A DNA stretch of 64,000 nt from positions 18,086 through 82,085 of IMG/VR virus record IMGVR_UViG_3300047476_001831; one strand, written 5' to 3'. The position numbers and the translations under genes are program-made. Of the stretch, positions 7,888 to 16,173 are shown one piece after another (within the stretch, counting starts at the first letter, position 1; the number at the start of each line of letters is the position of its first letter). The notes below the pieces were generated by a model. The model did no database searches. It had not been told where the DNA came from and saw only the letters and a program-made list of their open reading frames with translations. Source of the stretch: a virus.

Positions 7888-8853
7888 ATGAAAAAATTAA
7901 CTTTATTTATTTTAATCAATTTTTTTTTAAACAATTTTAATTGTTACTCTCAAATAAAAACTTTAGAAGTCAGTAAACAAAAAGAAATTTTAGATACAAT
8001 AACATATGACAGCTCAAAAAATTTTTTAGGCGAGAATGTTTATATGTATAAAAATCAAGAATTATATGTAATGCCACAACACCCTAGTTTAAGGAAATAT
8101 GGGTATAGTTATTTTTACACTGACTATAAAAAGGAGGTAAAATACAAGTGTTGTGATGGTATTGGTTCAAAATATAGTGATTTAGTTGGTCAATATTTTC
8201 TTGTCGTAGATATAATAAAAATAGAAAAATCTGTTGATGATATTGTAGATACCGATAAGTTTTACCTCAAATTAAGGAATAAAAAAACATCTGAAATACT
8301 ATACTTCAAATATAACACCAAATATGAATCTGATTTTCCTTTTTTAGTTGTTGGATATTATGAAAAACAAAATGAAATTAATGTTGGTAAAGAAATTATT
8401 CTAAAAAATGGAAAATGGTTAGAAATATGGTATGGTAAAGGAGAACCAATAATAGATTTAAAGACCGGTAGTATTTTGAATATTCAACAAGGTAGTAAAT
8501 GGAAATGTGTAAATGTTATGGTTGAGGAGAAATGTTTTACTTTTGCTATGATTTTAGAAAATAATTTAGGACACACAATATTTTTACCATTATCATCATA
8601 TAATAAACCAAGTTTCAAGATACAATGGGGAATATATAATCCGATAGAGGTAAAAAATTATATTGAAAGATTTGGTGTTGAGAATTGGGAAATAATTTTG
8701 AATAGTGAAATAAAAATTGGATTTACTGAAGAAATGGTTAAACTTGCTTGGGGGTTACCTAAAAAAATAAACAGAACGTCTGGTTTGGATCAATGGGTTT
8801 ATGAAAATCAATATCTTTACTTTAACAATGGTAAATTAGAAGCGTATAATTAA
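7888..8853 (+). CDS. Secreted hypothetical protein (signal peptide)
   Basis: Signal peptide ending YSQ; C-terminal IGFTEEMVKLAWGLP..QWVY. Confidence 0.7.
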   Translation: MKKLTLFILINFFLNNFNCYSQIKTLEVSKQKEILDTITYDSSKNFLGENVYMYKNQELYVMPQHPSLRKYGYSYFYTDYKKEVKYKCCDGIGSKYSDLVGQYFLVVDIIKIEKSVDDIVDTDKFYLKLRNKKTSEILYFKYNTKYESDFPFLVVGYYEKQNEINVGKEIILKNGKWLEIWYGKGEPIIDLKTGSILNIQQGSKWKCVNVMVEEKCFTFAMILENNLGHTIFLPLSSYNKPSFKIQWGIYNPIEVKNYIERFGVENWEIILNSEIKIGFTEEMVKLAWGLPKKINRTSGLDQWVYENQYLYFNNGKLEAYN

Positions 8854-8863
8854 TTATAAAATT

Positions 8864-8948
8864 GGTCGGGTGGCCGAGTTGGTTAAGGCAATAGTCTGCA
8901 AAACTATCGAAAAACATTTCATCGTGGGTTCAAGTCCCACCCCGACCT
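8864..8948 (+). tRNA. trnC: tRNA-Cys(GCA) with long variable arm
   Basis: CT-GCA-AA, U73; 16-nt variable region with GAAA/TTTC stem. Confidence 0.88.
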
Positions 8949-9000
8949 CAAAAAATAGTTCAGTTAGTTATTTTTACTCATTTTGTTGATATTTATATAT

Positions 9001-9732
9001 ATGAAATGGAATGATAACGATATTGAAAAATTGATTGATTTAGTTAATCAAGGATTAAAACCGAATAGGATTGCTGAGATTTTTGGGGTTTCGTATAAAA
9101 CGATAACTAACAAAATGTTTAGGATGGGTTTACAAGTAATTTATACGACAAATAAAACTTGTAAAAATTGTGGTAATAGTTTTGAATCTTATTTGAGTAA
9201 AAACAAATTGTTTTGTAATTCATCTTGTTCAACGACATTCAATAATAAAAATCGTAAACATACTGAAGAAACTAAAAATAAAATTGCAAAAACCCTAAAG
9301 AATAAGCCAACTAAACCTAAAGTTAAAAAAATCAAAACTTGTAGGATTTGTAATAACGAGGTTGTTGAAAAATATAAGATTGTTTGTGAAGATTGTAGAT
9401 TGGAGTATTATCAATATTATAGACCTTCTTGTACTTTTCAGTTTGATGTAAAAGATTATCCACAAGAATTTGATTTGAGTTTAATTGAACAACATGGATG
9501 GTATTCTCCAACAAATAAAAAAAATAATTTAGGGGGTGTCACAAAAGACCATAAATATTCAGTGATGGAGGGTTTTAGAAATAAGATAGACCCAAGTATT
9601 TTATCACATCCTGTAAATTGTAAATTACTTTTATTTTCAGAGAATTCATCCAAAAATGATAAATCATCATTAACCTTAAATGAACTACTTGAAAATATTG
9701 AAATTTGGAATAAAAAATACGGAAATAGTTAA
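9001..9732 (+). CDS. Free-standing homing endonuclease-like protein (Zn finger, NUMOD3-like, HNH-like)
   Basis: CxxC pairs, KHTEETKNKIA, DHKYS...HPVNC...ENSSKN; likely start 9001. Confidence 0.7.
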   Translation: MKWNDNDIEKLIDLVNQGLKPNRIAEIFGVSYKTITNKMFRMGLQVIYTTNKTCKNCGNSFESYLSKNKLFCNSSCSTTFNNKNRKHTEETKNKIAKTLKNKPTKPKVKKIKTCRICNNEVVEKYKIVCEDCRLEYYQYYRPSCTFQFDVKDYPQEFDLSLIEQHGWYSPTNKKNNLGGVTKDHKYSVMEGFRNKIDPSILSHPVNCKLLLFSENSSKNDKSSLTLNELLENIEIWNKKYGNS

Positions 9733-9760
9733 AAGTTATTATTATCTTTACATAACATAT

Positions 9761-9835
9761 GGGGATGTAGCTCAATTGGTTTAGAGTGGTGGTCTCCAAA
9801 ACCACAGGTTATAGGTTCGAGTCCTATCGTCCTCG
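9761..9835 (+). tRNA. trnW: tRNA-Trp(CCA)
   Basis: Cloverleaf, CT-CCA-AA. Confidence 0.94.
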
Positions 9836-9849
9836 CAAAACTTAAAAAA

Positions 9850-10050
9850 ATGAAAGAAATTAAATACAGATTTTTGTTAACTTTTTATTCGGCTTTTATT
9901 TTTTTTCTAATTATGATTCCACAGATTCTAATTAGTAAACACATTTTTAATTTGAAATTTAATGAATATCTAATGTGGGGTGTTTTATATATCTCATATG
10001 ATTTCACAACAAAATTTATTTTACCCAAGAAAAAGAAAAAAGATATTTAA
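9850..10050 (+). CDS. Small membrane protein
   Basis: Two hydrophobic helices. Confidence 0.6.
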   Translation: MKEIKYRFLLTFYSAFIFFLIMIPQILISKHIFNLKFNEYLMWGVLYISYDFTTKFILPKKKKKDI

Positions 10051-10051
10051 T

Positions 10052-10372
10052 ATGGTAAGGGATTACATAATCGAGACATTATTGAAAATAAAAGAACACG
10101 ATGAAAAGGTACATAAACTCTATACTCTCGGAGTTGATATTATTGACTTTGACAACTCCTTTTCGCAACTTGAAAAAAGTATTCCGACCTTACTCCGAAA
10201 AGAAAAAGACAAACAATTCGGATACATTCAGGACTTAGTTGGTTGGTGGTTATACGAAGATGTTGATAAAATAATTTATGTTGATGATATAGAGATTAAT
10301 GTTGACAAAGTCGTGGAATTTGTTGACTATTTATTAAGAGAGTATGGAACAAATGACATACCCACAAATTAG
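10052..10372 (+). CDS. Hypothetical protein (likely start MVRDY)
   Basis: ORF 9980..10372; ATG directly after upstream stop. Confidence 0.65.
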   Translation: MVRDYIIETLLKIKEHDEKVHKLYTLGVDIIDFDNSFSQLEKSIPTLLRKEKDKQFGYIQDLVGWWLYEDVDKIIYVDDIEINVDKVVEFVDYLLREYGTNDIPTN

Positions 10373-10374
10373 AT

Positions 10375-11016
10375 ATGGCTTATATTGAAAGTAATTTTTT
10401 CCCACTTAAAGTTTATGTTCGTAATGAATATATGTATCAGAACCAAAAAGGTTTTGGGGAGTTTACTGAGGCTGTAATCACATCAATTAGATGTTTACCT
10501 GGACAAGCAACATTATTTCAAGTATTGTTAAATAATGGTGTTATGAGAGATAAATTACCCTCTCATGCCTTGTTAACAAAACCTGAATTACCAAATCCTG
10601 ATTTTCCATTTCATTACCTACAAATATGGAACTCTTTTTCTTACAATTTCTCACTTATACAATTGAATTATTTACCTAATGCACCAGTCAGTGTTTTTAT
10701 GAAAAACAAAAAATGGATGGATGGTAATTATTTTGCAACAATAAATTGGGGATCAAGTGATATGAACACCAATCTAAGTTTAGCTGAGGATGGTATGGAA
10801 CACAAGTGTCACCATATTATATTACTAAAAAATGGACAAATTGCATTACAACCGAATAATAGAATTAAATGGTTTGAAGCAAGTTTTGTAACCAAAGATT
10901 TTCCTAAAAAACCTGATTATTTGGTTAATGACCAAATATGGAATTGTGAAACAACAGAAAAGTGGGCAACTGAAGATTCGGATTATATGTTCTACGATAA
11001 CGATTTAAAAAATTAA
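10375..11016 (+). CDS. Phage hypothetical protein
   Basis: 213-aa ORF with EHKCHH and QPNNRI motifs. Confidence 0.7.
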   Translation: MAYIESNFFPLKVYVRNEYMYQNQKGFGEFTEAVITSIRCLPGQATLFQVLLNNGVMRDKLPSHALLTKPELPNPDFPFHYLQIWNSFSYNFSLIQLNYLPNAPVSVFMKNKKWMDGNYFATINWGSSDMNTNLSLAEDGMEHKCHHIILLKNGQIALQPNNRIKWFEASFVTKDFPKKPDYLVNDQIWNCETTEKWATEDSDYMFYDNDLKN

Positions 11017-11018
11017 TT

Positions 11019-11402
11019 ATGTTCAAATATAAAGTAGAAGTAAAAAATTCAAAGAATCCTAAAATGGGATTAGGTTTGTTTGCAAATGAAATTATAAAAA
11101 GTGACACAATTGTTTGGGAGTTTATTGAGGGTTTGGATATAAGAATAGACCAAGATACCTTAAACAAATTAAATGATACTCAAAGGGAGTTTTTCAAGAA
11201 ATATGGGTGGAAGGAAGATGATGGAAATTATTATTCCTCTTGTGATTTAACGAATTTTATAAATCATAGTTTTACCCCCAATCTGATTTGTGTTGGAGAG
11301 ATAATAAAAACAAATAAAGATATTGAAATTGGTGAAGAATTATTTATCAATTATGAAGAATTCGATGTTGAGTTCGACACTTACAAAAATGAACTTATTT
11401 AA
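11019..11402 (+). CDS. SET-domain protein (lysine methyltransferase family)
   Basis: GLGLFA, FINHSFTPN, GEELFINY signature motifs. Confidence 0.88.
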   Translation: MFKYKVEVKNSKNPKMGLGLFANEIIKSDTIVWEFIEGLDIRIDQDTLNKLNDTQREFFKKYGWKEDDGNYYSSCDLTNFINHSFTPNLICVGEIIKTNKDIEIGEELFINYEEFDVEFDTYKNELI

Positions 11403-11411
11403 TTTTTAAAG

Positions 11412-11912
11412 ATGAAAGAAATGGTAATTGTAAACTTCTACAAAAAATATGAAGCAAATTGGGATGAACTCCAAATGATAGCCTTGGACACAATTGCCAA
11501 AATGGAAGAAAGTTTGGAAGATGTTGAAATTGGTGAACTTTCAGTTTATCAACAATATGAAGATTATAGGACAGCTTGTATGCAAGGATTAAAAACATTT
11601 ATCCTTCAAGTATTAAATGATTGGGAGAATATGAACATTTTAGTGTTGAATGGGGAGTTTTATAAGAAATTCGAGTTCTTAGAAATGGAAGGGATTCTAA
11701 ACGATTGGGAATACTCAAGTTTATATAGAAATTCAAAAGAACTATTCACCTTCTTTAATAAAGAAAAGTTTCAACTAACACCAGAACAATTTGATTTTAT
11801 TCATGCTCTTTATTCAAAAAATGATGATGTAATTTGTAACTTATTGTCATTTGAATATGAGGTAAGGGAAATAAGTGAAGAAGATGACAATACTGACGAT
11901 TTAATTGATTAA
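11412..11912 (+). CDS. Hypothetical protein
   Basis: ORF. Confidence 0.7.
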   Translation: MKEMVIVNFYKKYEANWDELQMIALDTIAKMEESLEDVEIGELSVYQQYEDYRTACMQGLKTFILQVLNDWENMNILVLNGEFYKKFEFLEMEGILNDWEYSSLYRNSKELFTFFNKEKFQLTPEQFDFIHALYSKNDDVICNLLSFEYEVREISEEDDNTDDLID

Positions 11913-11914
11913 TT

Positions 11915-12226
11915 ATGAAAAACAATATTTTTACAAAAGAAATAAAAGTCGCTGATGCTAATACATCAGTTAGTGAATTACTAAGAGAAACACTAATTAA
12001 TTTCAGTTGGGGTTTCTTTGGTAACTCAATTGTTGTGTTTATGGCCAAAGAAATTGATATCGCAGTATTGGTTAATTTCTTCTTATATTATATCCTAATT
12101 TCAATGATTGTTAATCGTGCTAAATATGAAACTAACTTGGGGAAATTCTTTGTTTTACCCGGTTCAGCAGCTCTTGGAGCATTCACAGGATATAAAGTAG
12201 CACAAATTATTTCAACTTTTTTGTAA
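11915..12226 (+). CDS. Membrane protein
   Basis: Three hydrophobic segments. Confidence 0.7.
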   Translation: MKNNIFTKEIKVADANTSVSELLRETLINFSWGFFGNSIVVFMAKEIDIAVLVNFFLYYILISMIVNRAKYETNLGKFFVLPGSAALGAFTGYKVAQIISTFL

Positions 12227-12288
12227 CATACTTGACACTTTTTCGTTTTATCATTATATTTAATAAAAAAATAGTAAAAACTTCACAA

Positions 12289-12360
12289 ATGAAATACAAT
12301 CTCTATATGGACTTAACGATAGCAACTGAGGGTAGAAACCCTCGGATGGAGATGATATGA
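12289..12360 (+). CDS. Putative attenuator leader peptide (23 aa, MKYNLYMDLTIATEGRNPRMEMI)
   Basis: Ends TGA TAA TAG; GGATGGA complementary to downstream terminator arm. Confidence 0.55.
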   Translation: MKYNLYMDLTIATEGRNPRMEMI

Positions 12361-12387
12361 TAATAGGTTTTAATTGTTAATAATGTC

Positions 12388-12423
12388 AATCCATCTTCCT
12401 AAAAAAAAGATGGATTTTTTTTT
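12388..12423 (+). terminator. Intrinsic terminator/attenuator
   Basis: AATCCATCTT/AAGATGGATT stem plus T-tract. Confidence 0.75.
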
Positions 12424-12467
12424 GTCACAAAGTTTGGAAATTAGAAATGGTTTTGTAACTTTGTAGT

Positions 12468-12947
12468 ATGAGAAAACAAACACCATACATATCATCTTCA
12501 GTCGCCATAAAAGGGATTAATGATTCAGTACTTGCGAAGTCAGAGAACAACGATTGTGTAGTAAGAGCTTTTGCTTCAGCATACAATGTATCTTATGATT
12601 TTGCACACAAAAAAGTCGCTGAATTATTTGGAAGAAAAAATAGACAAGGGACATTTTGTTTCAGTATTGTAATGAGACAAATGGAACTTCAAGATGTAAG
12701 GATAAATAAGAAAAAAGTTCAAACAATAAGAAAAGATGTGAATCTATCTTATTGGGTAAAAGTAAAAGGTGTGAACAAATTAAGAAATATGACAACTGCA
12801 AAGTTTTTAGAGGATTTTCCCACTGGAACTTACATTGTCACAGTCAAAGGACATGCTTTTACAATAAAGGATGGAGTGGTAATTGGAAATCCAGAAGATG
12901 CAACTCAAAGAAAAAAAAATATCTTTGGTGCTTGGAAAATAGGATAA
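12468..12947 (+). CDS. Phage hypothetical protein (possible C39/papain-like Cys-His fold)
   Basis: NDCVVRA...YIVTVKGHAFTIKDG. Confidence 0.6.
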   Translation: MRKQTPYISSSVAIKGINDSVLAKSENNDCVVRAFASAYNVSYDFAHKKVAELFGRKNRQGTFCFSIVMRQMELQDVRINKKKVQTIRKDVNLSYWVKVKGVNKLRNMTTAKFLEDFPTGTYIVTVKGHAFTIKDGVVIGNPEDATQRKKNIFGAWKIG

Positions 12948-12989
12948 GATTACTTAACTTTGTAAAGTTAATTGAAATTGAGGAATAAA

Positions 12990-13063
12990 GGGCTATTGGT
13001 GTAGAGGTCGAACATGCCACCCTGTCACGGTGGAGATCAGGGGTTCAAATCCCCTATAGCTCG
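12990..13063 (+). tRNA. trnD: tRNA-Asp(GUC)
   Basis: Cloverleaf, CT-GTC-AC. Confidence 0.93.
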
Positions 13064-13080
13064 CAAAAAAAATTAATATT

Positions 13081-13215
13081 ATGACAAAGTTTATTATTGC
13101 TTGTATTGGTATAATTATTTTGGGTTTTATTGGGAACTACATCATTAAAAAATATCCAAATTCTTGGGTTGCAAAATGGTGGGATGATATGACTGATAAT
13201 GCCCATTGGTGGTAA
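13081..13215 (+). CDS. Small membrane protein (44 aa)
   Basis: MTKFIIACIGIIILGFIGNY...WW. Confidence 0.55.
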   Translation: MTKFIIACIGIIILGFIGNYIIKKYPNSWVAKWWDDMTDNAHWW

Positions 13216-13222
13216 AATATAT

Positions 13223-13295
13223 GTTCCATTCGACAAGGGGTCTAAGTCACCTCCCTTTCACGGAGGAGTCATGGGTTCGAATCCCATATGGAATA
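13223..13295 (+). tRNA. trnE: tRNA-Glu(UUC)
   Basis: Cloverleaf, CT-TTC-AC. Confidence 0.93.
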
Positions 13296-13345
13296 CAAAT
13301 CTCAGAAGTAATTAATCTGGGGCTGAGAGGTTCGAAACTCTCGAA

Positions 13346-13474
13346 TGGCTATGGTGTAAGGGCACACGGTCCCCCTGGGCGACAATATTGCGAAAGGGTA
13401 TCCTTAATAGGAGAGAGTATTGTGAAACGATAGAAGTAAGGGACTGGGGAAGGGTTCGAATCCTTTTTAGTCAA
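13346..13474 (+). ncRNA. tRNA-like RNA with ~66-nt structured insertion in anticodon loop
   Basis: TGGCTA/TAGTCA acceptor, GTGT/ACAC D stem, GGTCCC/GGGACT stem, TTCGAAT T-loop. Confidence 0.6.
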
Positions 13475-13483
13475 CAAACATAA

Positions 13484-13555
13484 TGCAAGGAAGTGTAGAG
13501 GTTGCACATTGGGCTCATAACCCAAAGGTAGTGGGTTCGATTCCCACCCTTGCGT
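13484..13555 (+). tRNA. tRNA-Met(CAU), initiator-like
   Basis: CT-CAT-AA with GGG/CCC anticodon-stem pairs; weak 1:72 pair. Confidence 0.88.
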
Positions 13556-13564
13556 CAAACACAA

Positions 13565-13639
13565 TGCAAGATGGACTGGAAGTGGTTCCAGCTCGGTCTC
13601 ATAAGCCGTACCATGTGGGTTCGACTCCCACTCTTGCAT
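13565..13639 (+). tRNA. tRNA(CAU), probably elongator Met, atypical D arm
   Basis: CT-CAT-AA, acceptor TGCAAGA/TCTTGCA. Confidence 0.8.
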
Positions 13640-13652
13640 CTAAATTATTAAT

Positions 13653-13737
13653 GGGAAAGCGCCGAAGTAGGAGAGTCGGGGATGACTGTAAATCATTTGC
13701 TTTAGCTGAGGGGGTTCGAATCCCTCTTTTCCCACCA
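13653..13737 (+). tRNA. trnY: tRNA-Tyr(GUA)
   Basis: CT-GTA-AA, long variable arm, CCA. Confidence 0.92.
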
Positions 13738-13783
13738 CAATGCAGTAACAGCTCAATGAAGTTTGAAACATAAACAATAAAAA

Positions 13784-13856
13784 GCATCAATAGCTCAATT
13801 GGTAGAGTCCTTGTCTTCCAAACAAGATGTTACGAGTTCGAATCTCGTTTGATGCT
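13784..13856 (+). tRNA. trnG: tRNA-Gly(UCC)
   Basis: Cloverleaf, CT-TCC-AA, U73. Confidence 0.94.
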
Positions 13857-13876
13857 CAAAATATAAATAAACCGCT

Positions 13877-14086
13877 ATGAATCAGTTACAATTTAATAAT
13901 CTTAAAGTGGGTGATAAAATACATATAAAATCTCGTGATGGTTTATACACCTTCTTGAAAAAAGATTTTAGATATGGAGAAATACACATTACTTGTAACA
14001 GATGGCAATATGAAGAAAATCCAATAAGGATAACAACTTTTGATGACTTCAAATGTTTAGCTGGTGGTTTATGGAGGATAAGATAA
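13877..14086 (+). CDS. Hypothetical protein
   Basis: ORF between tRNAs. Confidence 0.6.
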   Translation: MNQLQFNNLKVGDKIHIKSRDGLYTFLKKDFRYGEIHITCNRWQYEENPIRITTFDDFKCLAGGLWRIR

Positions 14087-14093
14087 ATTAAAT

Positions 14094-14171
14094 GGGGACG
14101 CATGTACCAAGGCAGGGCGACAGACATTTGCAATGTCCGTGAGGTGAGTTCGATTCTCACCGTTTCCACCA
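14094..14171 (+). tRNA. trnA: tRNA-Ala(UGC), atypical D arm
   Basis: TT-TGC-AA, G3:U70, encoded CCA. Confidence 0.87.
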
Positions 14172-14183
14172 AAAAAAAGTTAT

Positions 14184-14786
14184 ATGAAAAAAGTATTTTT
14201 ATTTTTGATGTGTTTTGTATTACTCACATCGTTTTCAACCCCACCTTTGAGGGTTTTATTCATTGGAGATAGTTTAACTTGTTATACTGGTGGTTGGCAA
14301 GACCAAGTGTGTAGATATTTTGGATATCAAAGTGTCAATAGGTCAGTTGGTGGTAAAAGAACTGAATGGATGAGGTTGACATTAAATGAACATTTGAAGA
14401 GGGATTCATCTTTCACTTATTGTTTTATCTATGGGGGTTGTAATGATGCTTATTCTTATGTGAATCTTCAAGGCGCTGTAAACAATATACAGATGATGGT
14501 GGATAGTTGTAATAGGAGGGGAATTAAGCCTATTGTAATCGTTGGTTATGACCCAGCTAAAGTATCAATCAAAACTGTTTATGATGCTGCAACCACAAAG
14601 AGATGTAGAGAAAGATATGTGGAGTTTCAAAAGTTAATGGTTCATCCTGAAACTGGACTTAAAAATTGTAAAATCATTCCAAAGGATACAACAGTAACAT
14701 TTCAGGATGCCGGTGATGGAATCCATCTTGGTGGAAATGGACAAAGGAAATTTGCTAATTGGGTAATAAATCACTTAAATCAATAA
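14184..14786 (+). CDS. Secreted SGNH/GDSL hydrolase
   Basis: FIGDSLT, GGCND, DGIHL blocks; signal peptide. Confidence 0.88.
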   Translation: MKKVFLFLMCFVLLTSFSTPPLRVLFIGDSLTCYTGGWQDQVCRYFGYQSVNRSVGGKRTEWMRLTLNEHLKRDSSFTYCFIYGGCNDAYSYVNLQGAVNNIQMMVDSCNRRGIKPIVIVGYDPAKVSIKTVYDAATTKRCRERYVEFQKLMVHPETGLKNCKIIPKDTTVTFQDAGDGIHLGGNGQRKFANWVINHLNQ

Positions 14787-14788
14787 TA

Positions 14789-15061
14789 ATGAAATATATA
14801 ATTCCAACAGTTTTTATTACAATTATGTGGATTTTTTTAATTACTGGAATCCTTAATACTATCCCAACACCTAAAATAGAAAATGGGGATATTCTTAAAA
14901 ATTGTGTAATTGATACGATGTATGTTACAGAATCCCCATCTACAATTGAATATGGAAAACGATATAATTACAAGACAAGTTGTGATGAAGTTATTTTAAC
15001 CAAGAGAAAGGATGTATATTCAATTGGTGATACAATAACTTATGTATATAAAAAAAGATAA
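14789..15061 (+). CDS. Membrane-anchored hypothetical protein
   Basis: ORF 14759..15061, likely start MKYII. Confidence 0.6.
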   Translation: MKYIIPTVFITIMWIFLITGILNTIPTPKIENGDILKNCVIDTMYVTESPSTIEYGKRYNYKTSCDEVILTKRKDVYSIGDTITYVYKKR

Positions 15062-15069
15062 TACACTTT

Positions 15070-15143
15070 GCCGACATAGCTCAGCTGGCCAGAGCACGTG
15101 ATTTGTAATCTCGGGGTCGTGGGTTCAAATCCCTCTGTCGGCT
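15070..15143 (+). tRNA. trnT: tRNA-Thr(UGU)
   Basis: Cloverleaf, TT-TGT-AA. Confidence 0.93.
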
Positions 15144-15226
15144 CAAATATTTTTCAAAATTATTCCACTATTGTTGTGTGAATTAAAAACTCTTCTTATA
15201 TTTGTGAACACTAAAACGGAAACACA

Positions 15227-15457
15227 ATGGCAAAAGAGAAAAAAACAATTCAAGTTGAGTTTATTAAAAACTTTGCAAATCTACAATTAGCAAATCCAAA
15301 TAACTCAATTCAAGCGAAACTTGGAGTAATTGCGATGTTAGAAAAGGTTTTAAGTGAAGCAAATGCTTACAAAGGTTATATGTATTTGTCTTTAGGTCCT
15401 AACAATACACCACCTGAATTTGGTAGTGAGGGATGGGCATCAAGAAAGTATTTCTAA
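15227..15457 (+). CDS. Hypothetical protein
   Basis: ORF after TATATTTG promoter element. Confidence 0.7.
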   Translation: MAKEKKTIQVEFIKNFANLQLANPNNSIQAKLGVIAMLEKVLSEANAYKGYMYLSLGPNNTPPEFGSEGWASRKYF

Positions 15458-15575
15458 TGGTTGTGACACCTAGTAATTCACAAGTAGTGGTTGACACTTT
15501 GAATGTTACCTGACTTTAAGGTTTTGAAGAGTAAAACCAGAAATCTTCTAAAAAACTTCTAAAAAATTTACAACT

Positions 15576-15836
15576 ATGGCACTGATTTATTTAGTTATTG
15601 ATAGACTTGATAAGATTCCAATTTTAACAGCATCCACGCGTGAAAAGGCGAAAGAACTCTTGGATGAGTTTATGGGATTACCTCCATACTTTGAAGATAA
15701 GGATGTGGAATATTTGGGTTATTTTCCTTACAATTGTAAATGGCCTGACATATATGAGGGTGACTTTAAGTATAGAGATGGGGAAGATATACAAGTGTTC
15801 AGTTTGTATTGTATGACATTAGATGAATTGAATTGA
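15576..15836 (+). CDS. Hypothetical protein
   Basis: ORF. Confidence 0.65.
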   Translation: MALIYLVIDRLDKIPILTASTREKAKELLDEFMGLPPYFEDKDVEYLGYFPYNCKWPDIYEGDFKYRDGEDIQVFSLYCMTLDELN

Positions 15837-15842
15837 TAATAT

Positions 15843-15957
15843 AGTCCTGTGGCGGAATTGGTAGACGCTAAGTAAGATGGTGTACATTTGTCCCATAAGA
15901 AAGACCGATGCAACAGAAATGTGAAGGGTCGTATAGGTTCAAATCCTATCTTGACTA
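15843..15957 (+). ncRNA. tRNA-Leu-like RNA without a recognisable anticodon arm
   Basis: Leu-type D arm GCGGAATTGGTAGACGC, T arm ATAGG-TTCAAAT-CCTAT, expanded middle. Confidence 0.6.
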
Positions 15958-15960
15958 CAA

Positions 15961-16167
15961 TGAGTAAGAGATACTCAGTGGTCTTTTATCCAAGACCCAT
16001 TTAACAATGGATAGGTTCAATTTGGACAACCTCAATGCCAAATCGTGGGAATAAAGGCAGGTAGCAGAGCCTCCCAGTAGCTTGACTAATTTTAAGAGGG
16101 ATGACCCACAGGTTTATTGAAAGCAAGAAAACCGATATATCTACTCACTTGGAATCTCAGAGTGGGG
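15961..16167 (+). ncRNA. Candidate multi-hairpin structured RNA
   Basis: ORF-free, at least six hairpins, terminal TGAGTA/TACTCA complementarity. Confidence 0.5.
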
Positions 16168-16173
16168 AAATTT

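Noticed and set aside
13741-13760. GCAGTAACAGCTCAATG tRNA 5'-like fragment
   Set aside because: No anticodon or T arm follows; at most a relic
13206-13790. ORFs 13206-13433, 13349-13639, 13483-13773 and 13599-13790
   Set aside because: They overlap tRNA and tRNA-like genes; they are translation shadows of structured RNA
15458-15545. Intergenic hairpins including TGACA-CTTTGAA-TGTTA (anticodon-like loop)
   Set aside because: Short AT-rich stems could arise by chance; not enough support without homologues
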